From contig WGNX01000004.1 of the NCBI GenBank assembly GCA_016124335.1, forward strand, positions 144,418 to 208,417: DNA of 64,000 nt, read 5' to 3'. The DNA comes from Alphaproteobacteria bacterium. GTDB lineage: Bacteria; Pseudomonadota; Alphaproteobacteria; CACIAM-22H2. A model generated the notes under the pieces. It saw only the letters and a list, made by a program, of their open reading frames with translations. It was not told the DNA's origin and ran no database searches. A program made the translations under genes and the position numbers. The first letter of the stretch is position 1. Every line of letters starts with the position of its first letter. Shown piece after piece: positions 9,911 to 18,161 of the stretch.

Positions 9911-10708
9911 TCACTTGATTTCGGTTAGCGACGACAGCGCATCGTAGATTGCGGTGCCTGCCGCGAGGACGGCCGCGCCATCCGCAAGGCCGCCAGCGCC
10001 GAGGAAGTCGTTCGTACGCCCGCCCGCCTCGCGAACCATCAGCAGCCCGGCCAAACAGTCCCAAGCGTTGATGTGCAACTCGGCATAACCGTCGGCGCGG
10101 CCGTCGGCGACATAGGCGATGCCGAGCGCACCGGACCCCGCCCGCCGGAACGATGCGCCGGCCTTCACCGTTCGCGACACGATCGCGGTGTAGCTTTCCA
10201 CGGTTCGCCGGCTGGACCAGCCAAGCTCGAACTGGGCGCGCGCCACTTCGCCGTTCGACGTGACCGTCATCGGACGACCATTGCAGCTGGCGCCATGGCC
10301 ACGCCGCGCTAGAAACATCTCATCGCGCATCGGGTCATAGATGACGCCGATTTCTTCCCGGCCCTCGGCGACGAACGCGATGGAAATGCAGAAATGGGAT
10401 ATCCCGTTGGCGAAATTCGCGGTTCCGTCGATCGGATCGATAACCCAAAGCGCCCGCGGGTCGCGGCTGCCACCGGTTTCCTCGCCGAGCACATCGTCGG
10501 TCGGAAAGGCCGAACGGAGATGCCCGACGACAAGCTTCTCGACCGCGCCGTCGGCAACAGTCAGATAGTCCTGCGGGCCCTTGAACGTGGTGCCGATCGA
10601 TCCGCGATCGCTGAAATACCTACGTTGCAGTTCGCCGGCCGCACGGGCGATGCCTACCGCGGCCAGGGTCCGAGCTGCGATTCCATCCGGGGATATTTTC
10701 TTTTCCAT
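9911..10708 (-). CDS. Inositol-monophosphatase family protein (SuhB-like)
   Basis: 265 aa from ATG 10708. Motifs GEETGG, WVIDPIDGTANF and WDCLAG. The 534-aa track ORF upstream of this is antisense to the ABC-F gene. Confidence 0.85.
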   Translation of the reverse strand: MEKKISPDGIAARTLAAVGIARAAGELQRRYFSDRGSIGTTFKGPQDYLTVADGAVEKLVVGHLRSAFPTDDVLGEETGGSRDPRALWVIDPIDGTANFANGISHFCISIAFVAEGREEIGVIYDPMRDEMFLARRGHGASCNGRPMTVTSNGEVARAQFELGWSSRRTVESYTAIVSRTVKAGASFRRAGSGALGIAYVADGRADGYAELHINAWDCLAGLLMVREAGGRTNDFLGAGGLADGAAVLAAGTAIYDALSSLTEIK

Positions 10709-10750
10709 GGGGCGGGACGTTACAATTCCGATCTGATAGATGGAAGCACC

Positions 10751-12607
10751 ATGATCTCCATCGAAAACCTTACGCTCCGTATCGGCGGCCTGACGCTGCT
10801 TGAGGAAGCCTCCGCCCTGATTCCAGAAGGCCGCCATGTCGGCCTGGTCGGCCGCAATGGTGCCGGAAAGTCCACGCTCCTCGACGCGATCCTTGGCCAT
10901 ATTCAGGCGGATTCCGGCTCGATTTCCATGCCGCGCCGGGCCCGGGTCGGGTTTGTTGCCCAGGAAGCGCCGGGCGGCAGCGCAACCCCCCTCGACGCAG
11001 TTCTCGCCGCTGACGAAGAGCGCGCAGCCCTGCTGGCCGAAGAGGAAGCTGGCGCCGACGGGGCCCGGATCGCCGACATACATATGCGATTGGCCGAGAT
11101 CGATGCATATTCGGCCGTCGCACGCGGCGCGTCGATCCTCGCCGGGCTGGGATTCGACGCCACGATGCAGGCGCGGCCACTTTCCGAATTCTCCGGCGGC
11201 TGGCGCATGCGTGTGGCGCTTGCTGCCGTCCTGTTCGCGCGTCCGGATATCCTGATCCTCGACGAGCCGACGAACCATCTCGATCTGGAAAGCGCGCTGT
11301 GGCTTGAGGACTATCTCGCCCGGTGGCCCGGCACGCTTTTGGTCGTCAGCCACGACCGCCGTCTGCTCAATGCCGTGTGCACGCATATCCTTCATCTCGA
11401 CCAGAAACGTCTCACGATCTATACGGGCGACTACGACCGCTTCGAGATCCTCCGCCAGGAACGGCTCGCCCAGCAGGCCGCGACGGCGGCGAAGGTCGAT
11501 GCACAGCGCAAGCACATGCAGTCCTTCGTCGACCGGTTTCGCGCCAAGGCGACGAAGGCCCGTCAGGCCCAGTCCCGGTTGAAGGCACTTGCCAAACTCA
11601 CGCCGATCATCGTCGAGCGCGATGAAGAGGCCGTGCGCTTCGAGTTTCCGGAAGTCGAACTCCCCAAGCCTCCGATGATTACCTTTGACCGCGTCTCGGT
11701 CGGCTACGAAACGGGGAACCCCGTTCTGACCGGAATCGATCTACGGCTCGATCCGGACGACCGCATCGGACTTCTGGGCGCAAATGGCAACGGCAAATCG
11801 ACGCTGGCGAAACTGTTTGCCGGTCGGCTCCAACCCCTCACAGGCGGCACGATGCGTGCGGCGAAGTTGAAGACCGGCTTCTTCGCCCAGCATCAGATCG
11901 AAGACATGGATCCGCGTCGCACCGCTTTCCAGCTTCTTGGCGACGTTCTGCCCGATGCGGTACCCCACGCAATCCGATCGCGACTCGGGCGTTTCGGCTT
12001 TTCTGGCCCGAAGGCAGACGTCAAAGCCGAAAACCTGTCGGGCGGCGAAAAGGCACGGCTTGCTTTTGCCATAGCGACGGCGCTGGCGCCTCAGCTGCTT
12101 ATCCTTGACGAGCCGACGAACCATCTCGACATGGCAAGTCGCGAGCGACTCGTCGCGGCAATTAACGAATTTGCCGGTGCAGTAATCCTTGTCACGCATG
12201 ACTGGTCGCTTCTCGAACTTACGTGCGACAGGCTCTGGCTTGTGGCGGGTGGCCGCGTCGTCCCCTTTGACGGCGATCTTGACGACTACCGCGCACTTGC
12301 GCTGTCCGAGCGGCGCGCACAGAAGCAGGCGAACGAAAAACCGAAATCCGAACCGCCGAAAAGTCGTGGCACGCGCGATATCGGGGCGCTGCGCCGTGCC
12401 CTGAAAACCGCCGAAGAAGAACTCGCAAAGCTCACCGCCAAGCGAACAAAGCTCGAAGGCGAAGCCGGCCAACCGGCAACCTATTCCGATCCCGCGAAAG
12501 CCGCAGAGTACGCAAGACAGCTCAAGGAATTGGCGGAGCCGATTGCCCGGGCAGAAGCGCGTTGGCTTTCTGCGGCCGAGGCGCTTGAGGCGGCCGATGC
12601 GGCGTAA
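10751..12607 (+). CDS. ABC-F family ATPase (Uup/YheS-like translation factor)
   Basis: 618 aa from ATG 10751. Two Walker A motifs (GRNGAGKST, GANGNGKST), two signatures (LSGGWRMR, LSGGEKAR), no TM segments, and a C-terminal charged coiled coil. Confidence 0.9.
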   Translation: MISIENLTLRIGGLTLLEEASALIPEGRHVGLVGRNGAGKSTLLDAILGHIQADSGSISMPRRARVGFVAQEAPGGSATPLDAVLAADEERAALLAEEEAGADGARIADIHMRLAEIDAYSAVARGASILAGLGFDATMQARPLSEFSGGWRMRVALAAVLFARPDILILDEPTNHLDLESALWLEDYLARWPGTLLVVSHDRRLLNAVCTHILHLDQKRLTIYTGDYDRFEILRQERLAQQAATAAKVDAQRKHMQSFVDRFRAKATKARQAQSRLKALAKLTPIIVERDEEAVRFEFPEVELPKPPMITFDRVSVGYETGNPVLTGIDLRLDPDDRIGLLGANGNGKSTLAKLFAGRLQPLTGGTMRAAKLKTGFFAQHQIEDMDPRRTAFQLLGDVLPDAVPHAIRSRLGRFGFSGPKADVKAENLSGGEKARLAFAIATALAPQLLILDEPTNHLDMASRERLVAAINEFAGAVILVTHDWSLLELTCDRLWLVAGGRVVPFDGDLDDYRALALSERRAQKQANEKPKSEPPKSRGTRDIGALRRALKTAEEELAKLTAKRTKLEGEAGQPATYSDPAKAAEYARQLKELAEPIARAEARWLSAAEALEAADAA

Positions 12608-13436
12608 CCTCGCCATCTTCGCTGCACTGCTGTGCATTGCGGCCGGTAACGCATCGGCAAAGGACTGGGGAAGCATCGCAACTCCCACCGTCGGCGACGC
12701 CCGCTCGATCGGTGGAACCGCAAACGGATGCATTGCCGGCGCCGCGAAGCTGCCGTTGGATGGGATCGGCTATCAGGTCGTTCGGGTGTCGCGAAACCGC
12801 ATGTGGGGGCACCCGCGAACGTTGGCGTTCGTACGCAGCTTGGGCGTGGAGGCGGCCGGAATGGGATTGCCGCCGCTTTATATCGGCGACCTGTCCCAAC
12901 CTCGGGGCGGCCCGATGACGAATGGGCACGCGTCCCACCAGAACGGCAACGATGTCGACATCTGGTTCAACATCGATCCGAAGCCGGATCTTCCCGCAAG
13001 CGCGCGCGAGGACATCAAGATCGTCCGGCTCGTGGCGGCCGATGAAATGTCGACCGACGCATCGGCCTGGCGTCCGGAATACGAGCACCTTCTGCGCAGA
13101 GCCGCCGCACACCCGGAAGTCGAACGGATTTTCGTGCACTTTGCGATCAAGCGCCAATTGTGTTCGACCGTGGGCAGCGACCGTGACTGGCTTCACAAAA
13201 TCCGTCCGTGGCTCGGCCACGACGACCATTTCCATGTCAGGCTGTCGTGCCCGCCGGGTTCCCAAGATTGCCAGGACCAGCAACCGATTCCGCCCGGCGA
13301 CGGATGCGATCCGACTCTCGATTGGTGGTTTGCCGACGCGATCGAGCGGCACAAGAGCCTACACCCCGCGCCCGCACGACCGCGCACACCGCCAAAGCTT
13401 CCCAATGCGTGCAAAGGCCTGCTGGCAGCCCGTTAG
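12597..13436 (+). CDS. mepA: Penicillin-insensitive murein DD-endopeptidase
   Basis: 279 aa from ATG 12597 (overlaps the ABC-F stop). Signal peptide MRRNLAIFAALLCIAAGNASA. MepA motifs HASHQNGNDVDIW and GHDDHFHVRL. Confidence 0.85.
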   Translation: MRRNLAIFAALLCIAAGNASAKDWGSIATPTVGDARSIGGTANGCIAGAAKLPLDGIGYQVVRVSRNRMWGHPRTLAFVRSLGVEAAGMGLPPLYIGDLSQPRGGPMTNGHASHQNGNDVDIWFNIDPKPDLPASAREDIKIVRLVAADEMSTDASAWRPEYEHLLRRAAAHPEVERIFVHFAIKRQLCSTVGSDRDWLHKIRPWLGHDDHFHVRLSCPPGSQDCQDQQPIPPGDGCDPTLDWWFADAIERHKSLHPAPARPRTPPKLPNACKGLLAAR

Positions 13437-13442
13437 GCGAAA

Positions 13443-14045
13443 TCAGCCCCAGTTGCGGACCGGGCCCGTGTCGATATGGACGAAGTCACTGCGCGGATAT
13501 TGCCCGACGCCGCCGGCCTGCAGCGACATCGCCGCCTGCCGGATCGCCCGGACGGACCTATCGGCAAGATCGATATCGACCGCGCGCCCCTGAATGTGGA
13601 ATGAGTTTCGCGCGACGCCACGATGCGATTTGCGGGCTACGGCGTTCGTGCGGGAGGACCGGTAGGCCGAAATGACGCGCCATGGCTCGTTTGAACCGAC
13701 GCGTTGATGGATCTCCCACATTTGATCGTAGAGTTTCGGATCCATATGCATGACTGCGCCAGCCTTATAGTCGCGCAACACCGCATCGAGCCGCTTCATG
13801 GCGTCCGGCAGGTAGTTGCCATCGCGCCAATAGGCACCCTCCCACCTTTCGCCCGTATTGACGACCAGCAGCTTGAGTGAGCGCTCGCTCGACGGGCGGA
13901 CGGGTACCGGCGACGACGGACCGGCTACGGAACGCTTGCGCTTGGCTGCAAGCGCCGGCGTACCGGAAATCGTCAGAATTCCGAGTGCGGCGGCGGCGGA
14001 CGCCAGAAATTTACGACGGCCAGACGGATCGAATTCGGAAGTCAT
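13443..14045 (-). CDS. DUF882 / peptidase M15A protein (YcbK/MepK-like LD-endopeptidase), Tat-exported
   Basis: 200 aa from ATG 14045. Twin-arginine signal SGRRKFLASAAAALG. Motifs SAYRS, HIQGRAVDI and FVHIDTG. Confidence 0.8.
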   Translation of the reverse strand: MTSEFDPSGRRKFLASAAAALGILTISGTPALAAKRKRSVAGPSSPVPVRPSSERSLKLLVVNTGERWEGAYWRDGNYLPDAMKRLDAVLRDYKAGAVMHMDPKLYDQMWEIHQRVGSNEPWRVISAYRSSRTNAVARKSHRGVARNSFHIQGRAVDIDLADRSVRAIRQAAMSLQAGGVGQYPRSDFVHIDTGPVRNWG

Positions 14046-14171
14046 GCCAAGCGTACGAATCCAAATTGCGTGGAGAGTGAATGGGAGAGTGCACGCACAG
14101 CGGTTAGTGCGCAAGCCTCAGGAAACATCTTGAAACATTTTTACAAGATGCTGAATAAAAACGATATTCGG

Positions 14172-15839
14172 TCAGGGGGCGAGATTTACCGGAACCCTGG
14201 CACCTTCTTGGGGAAGGCGCAGGTCCGCAACCGGGCGCTTCTCGATTCCGGCGACAAAGAGTGAATCGAGCCCGTAAATATCATCGCGCAGCTGCAGTTC
14301 GCCGTTCTTAACAAACGCCGTGAAATAGACGAGATGGACGGGTACGGGTCGACGGACCTGCACATGACGCGTCTGCCCGTCGCGGTCGGCCGTCTCGATC
14401 GCATCGCGCGTCCAGCCACTTGTATTCCGCAAGACCCATTCGACCAGTTCAAAGGGGCGCTCGAGGCGGATACATCCCGACGAAAGCGCCCGGTCGGCAC
14501 GCGAAAAATAATGCCTGTCCGGGGTATCATGCAGGAAGACGTCGAAGATGTTCGGCAAGGTCAGCCGGACATGTCCAAGCGCGTTCTTCGGGCCCGGATC
14601 CTGCCGAACCAGATAGGGAAACGCGCGCGCGCTCACGCGCCGCCAATCGACCTTGCGCGGATCGACTTCGACGCGCTCGTCGCCGCTGCCGCGGAAAAAG
14701 CGGAATCCCAGATCGGCCATCGCCTGGGGATTGGCACGCAGGCGCGGCAAAAGATCTTCGCGCACGAGCTTCGTCGGAACGGTCCATGTCGGGTTGAAGA
14801 TGACTTCCGTAACCCGGCTGGAAAATATTGGCGTTGATCGCGCTTCGCGCCCCACGACCACAGGCATTGACACGCGCGCCTCGCCCGCCTCGTAGGCCTG
14901 CAGCGAATAGGCCGGGATATTGACCTCGATATAGGTGCCGCCCGGGCGCGGAGCAACGGTCCGCATCCGGTCGAGATTGACGACAATCTGGGCGATCCGT
15001 GCATCGACTGATTTGCCAAGAGCCGCAAAAGAGCGAGGCCCGATCCGACCGTCGGGTGATAGCCCGTGACGGATCTGGAATCGAATTGCCGCCGCAACCA
15101 GTTCCGCATCGTACAACTCCGGATCGGCACCTTCCGGAGGCAGGGACGAAGCGCCGTCCGTGACAGCCAGGCGCCGCCGCAGTGCCGGCACGCGCGGATC
15201 GACCGTGAATGGCTCGAGCGTTCGCCCGCCGGGAATGCCTCGCCATCCGCCTGATGCCTTGATCTGCCGGTAGCGCGCAAGCCAATCGAGCAGCTGCCCA
15301 TACTGGGGATCAGCCGGCGACAGACGATCAAAAATGGCATGTGGGTCGTCCGCCTTCGCAAGATCGCGCAGGACCGCATCAACATCCAGCGAACGCGGCA
15401 CGATCCGGACGTCCGGCGGCATTGCCACGGAGGCGACGCGCGCACCTTGAAGGTCTGCGGCATAGCGGATGGCCGATTGGCTGAGCAGAAGCTCGACCTG
15501 CGCCAGCGAGCGGATGTCGCCCTTTTGCAGCAACCGGTCGATATCCTGAATGGCATAGTCCGAAGCGATCAGGCCCTGCGCGGCCGAGTTTCGTAAAGTT
15601 TCAACGAGACGAACCGCCCGAGGAACCGGCCCGTCCGCCCCAATCCAGACGGGCGCGAAATCCCGCGATTCATAAAGAGACAACAAGGCTGACTTGCGGG
15701 CGTCCTCACGCGCGCCGTCAAAGCCTGCGAGCGCCTCGCGAAGGCTTGGCCGAATGTCCGCGGAAACGGGCCTCGAGGCCGATGCCACGGACGAGAGCAA
15801 AACACAAAAACAAATGGCGACAGTACGGCCGACCTTCAT
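14172..15839 (-). CDS. L,D-transpeptidase, YcbB/LdtD-like, with peptidoglycan-binding domain
   Basis: 555 aa from ATG 15839. Signal peptide MKVGRTVAICFCVLLSSVASA. YkuD catalytic motif FLHDTP...SSGCIRLE. Confidence 0.85.
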   Translation of the reverse strand: MKVGRTVAICFCVLLSSVASASRPVSADIRPSLREALAGFDGAREDARKSALLSLYESRDFAPVWIGADGPVPRAVRLVETLRNSAAQGLIASDYAIQDIDRLLQKGDIRSLAQVELLLSQSAIRYAADLQGARVASVAMPPDVRIVPRSLDVDAVLRDLAKADDPHAIFDRLSPADPQYGQLLDWLARYRQIKASGGWRGIPGGRTLEPFTVDPRVPALRRRLAVTDGASSLPPEGADPELYDAELVAAAIRFQIRHGLSPDGRIGPRSFAALGKSVDARIAQIVVNLDRMRTVAPRPGGTYIEVNIPAYSLQAYEAGEARVSMPVVVGREARSTPIFSSRVTEVIFNPTWTVPTKLVREDLLPRLRANPQAMADLGFRFFRGSGDERVEVDPRKVDWRRVSARAFPYLVRQDPGPKNALGHVRLTLPNIFDVFLHDTPDRHYFSRADRALSSGCIRLERPFELVEWVLRNTSGWTRDAIETADRDGQTRHVQVRRPVPVHLVYFTAFVKNGELQLRDDIYGLDSLFVAGIEKRPVADLRLPQEGARVPVNLAP

Positions 15840-15880
15840 GCCGAGTAAGGTAGCACGCAATTCTAAAATGAAAAGTTGAC

Positions 15881-16981
15881 CTAGCGGCCGTTCAGCAGGT
15901 CGGCTGTCGCGACGGGCTCGACCGGCTTGAGTTGGCGATCAAAAAACCCGATCGAGCGGTCGATGGCTTCACGACTGGCCGATGCCTGAAAGAAATGCGG
16001 TTGGTTCGGAAACACAACCATTTCGTAGGGAACATCAAGTTTCTTGAAAAGATCGCGCGTCCGAGAGGCCCGGGCGACAGGCACCGTCCGATCCTTTTGG
16101 CCATGGAGGATCAATGTCGGCGCAACGCGCGTCGTCGTCGGTTCGACATTGCCAGGCATTCCGCCGCCCATATTCACGACGGCCGAAATTCGCTTGTCGC
16201 GGCTCGACAGGCCAAGGGCCTGAAATCCGCCGAGCGAAAACCCGAACGCCGCCATCCGCGAGTTGTCGACGCGCGAATCTTTTGCCATTTCGTCCAGGGC
16301 GGCATGGACCGTGTCGTATTGCTGCTCGAATTCGGCGATGAGCGCACGACCGCGCGGCCGGTTTCGATTGCGCTCACCAAGATAGTGCGGGAGATACACG
16401 ATGTAGCCTGCTTCCGCGAAGCTTTCCGCCGCGCCGCGATAGAAAGCGCCGTTCCCCATCCCGGATGCGCCGTGCAGCAACAGGATGCCCGGCCTCTGCC
16501 CTTCGGTATCCGGGCGGAAGATTTCAAGCTTCACGAGGCGCTTGCCGACCTTGTACTTCGTATCCGCGCGACTGACTTGCGTTGCAACGCGGCGAAGGTC
16601 TGAACCCGCGCCGAACGTGTCACGTGGCGCTTGCCCTGGCGGACGAGCCGCCCATTCCGGCGCAGCCTGTTTGCCGCTGTCCAAGCTCGCAAGCAGACCC
16701 AGATCGTCTTCCGGGCCCGTGGATGGTTGTGCCTTGGCTGCCGCCAACGCAGGCTTGGGCGCCTGCGAACGATCCGGCGCAACCGCAATTTTAGCTGCGG
16801 CGCCAGCCTCTTTGGAACTTGGTACGAAAACGTATGGAAGGCTTGGATCCAGAAGGTAATTCGGGGAAAGCGCCAATACCGTTTGCGCAACTGGCGTTGA
16901 TTGCGTCGGCTGCACAGCGTTCTGCGAGGAGCTTTCAGCCCCCTGCGACGCGACTGCCATAGCGACGAGTAGTTCAATCAT
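15881..16981 (-). CDS. Secreted alpha/beta hydrolase (dienelactone-hydrolase-like) with Ala/Pro-rich N-terminal linker
   Basis: 366 aa. LLLHGASG, nucleophile elbow GFSLGG, and ILHGQKDRTVP...PHFF. Confidence 0.75.
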   Translation of the reverse strand: MIELLVAMAVASQGAESSSQNAVQPTQSTPVAQTVLALSPNYLLDPSLPYVFVPSSKEAGAAAKIAVAPDRSQAPKPALAAAKAQPSTGPEDDLGLLASLDSGKQAAPEWAARPPGQAPRDTFGAGSDLRRVATQVSRADTKYKVGKRLVKLEIFRPDTEGQRPGILLLHGASGMGNGAFYRGAAESFAEAGYIVYLPHYLGERNRNRPRGRALIAEFEQQYDTVHAALDEMAKDSRVDNSRMAAFGFSLGGFQALGLSSRDKRISAVVNMGGGMPGNVEPTTTRVAPTLILHGQKDRTVPVARASRTRDLFKKLDVPYEMVVFPNQPHFFQASASREAIDRSIGFFDRQLKPVEPVATADLLNGR

Positions 16982-17238
16982 CCAAGCTGCCCTGCGGAAA
17001 CGATTATTTCGATTTGTTGCAGTTGGCTTCGGATAGCACAGGGTCTGGCATGACGGGAGTCGTTTTTTAACCCTGTCACAAAATTAACCAGACGCGACGA
17101 ATTTACGATTTAATATCAATGCAGCAAAAAAGATGGCCCAACCCGCCCTCCGCTCGATTCCGAGCCAGCGGGAAGCACTGCGTCAATTTTCATCGTTTTG
17201 TGCGGACTCGGCAACAGGGCGGTACCGCCAAGCGCCGA

Positions 17239-17424
17239 TCAATGCCCTTCCTGGCCGTCGAAGTATTTCTTGATCAGCCAAAACTCAAAAAGTGTGGATG
17301 CGAGAAAAATTACCAAGCCGATCGAATACATCGGCCCGGCATGGGCGCCGGACGCGAGAAACAATCCCACGACCGCGAGTACAGCCACGACAACGCCGAC
17401 AATCCACATAGCAAGCCCAGACAT
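17239..17424 (-). CDS. Small (61 aa) two-TM membrane protein, unknown function
   Basis: MSGLAMWIVGVVVAVLAVVGLFLASGAHAGPMYSIGLVIFLASTLFEFWLIKKYF. Two clear hydrophobic helices in an otherwise AT-richer intergenic stretch. No family recognised. Confidence 0.5.
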   Translation of the reverse strand: MSGLAMWIVGVVVAVLAVVGLFLASGAHAGPMYSIGLVIFLASTLFEFWLIKKYFDGQEGH

Positions 17425-17490
17425 CGCTCCTCCTCCGCACCAATTCGACGCGACGACAGTCTATACGTTAGTCCGTCGCCATACTGCGGT

Positions 17491-18159
17491 CTAGCGCTTG
17501 AATGCAGCTAGTCCGGCGACATCGCCCTTTACGAGGACCGGCACAGCAGCGGCCACGCTTTCCGCCGGCCAGTCCCACCATGCGAGTTCGAGAAGACGAC
17601 TAACGTCGTCCGGTTCGAACCGCATTTTGACGACCCGCGCCGGATTGCCGGCAACCATCGAATAAGGCGGTACATCGCGGGTTACGACGGCGCACGCCGC
17701 AACAATCGCGCCGGAACCGATCGTCACGCCCGGCATGATGACGCTCTTGTATCCGCACCAGACATCATTCCCGACATTGATGCTGCCCTTGTTGGCGGCC
17801 GGATAGTCGCCAGTCGCCATTTCCGCGGCCCAGGCGCCGCCAAAAACTGGAAATGGATAAGTCGAGGGGCCGGCAATGGCGTGGTTCGCATCCGACATCA
17901 CGAAAGTCGTGTCGTGTGCAAATGCGCAATAGCGCCCAATGTCGAGACGCGTCCCCGAAAATCCGAAATCATATCGAACGTTGCGAATGAAGAACCGGGT
18001 CGGGTCTTCGAAATCCGAATAGTAGCTATAGTCACCGGCCGAAAGATGCGTCCGCGGCGGCGTAATTTCATCCAGCAGCGGCTTGAGGAAGACCGTGTGC
18101 CGCGCGCCGGTTCCAAACGGAAATAGCTGCTTCGGGTTCACCAGCGCCGGATGCGTCAT
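17491..18159 (-). CDS. Xenobiotic acetyltransferase (XAT class, Vat/streptogramin-A-acetyltransferase-like, left-handed beta-helix)
   Basis: 222 aa from ATG 18159. YSYYSDF..., YPFPVFGGAW, and hexapeptide run GNDVWCGYKSVIMPGVTIGSGAIVAACAVVTRDVPPYSMVAGNPARVV. The rest of the 471-aa track ORF is antisense to kup. Confidence 0.8.
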   Translation of the reverse strand: MTHPALVNPKQLFPFGTGARHTVFLKPLLDEITPPRTHLSAGDYSYYSDFEDPTRFFIRNVRYDFGFSGTRLDIGRYCAFAHDTTFVMSDANHAIAGPSTYPFPVFGGAWAAEMATGDYPAANKGSINVGNDVWCGYKSVIMPGVTIGSGAIVAACAVVTRDVPPYSMVAGNPARVVKMRFEPDDVSRLLELAWWDWPAESVAAAVPVLVKGDVAGLAAFKR

Positions 18160-18161
18160 GG

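Noticed and set aside
8880-9947. 355-aa Ser/Ala/Pro/Arg-rich plus-strand ORF
   Set aside because: It has low complexity and is antisense to the AtuA-like gene. It is kept out, although the AtuA-like call itself has only moderate confidence.
10709-11515. 5' extension of the IMPase ORF to 534 aa
   Set aside because: The extension is antisense to the ABC-F gene and unlike any IMPase N-terminus. A conserved-length 265-aa protein starts at ATG 10708.
17040-17238. AT-rich 200-nt intergenic region with small hairpins (GCTCG-gaat-CGAGC; GGCGG-ta-CCGCC), considered as an sRNA or riboswitch
   Set aside because: The stems are short and there is no recognisable riboswitch core. The region is most simply the 3' UTR or terminator region of the small membrane-protein gene plus the promoter of the hydrolase gene.
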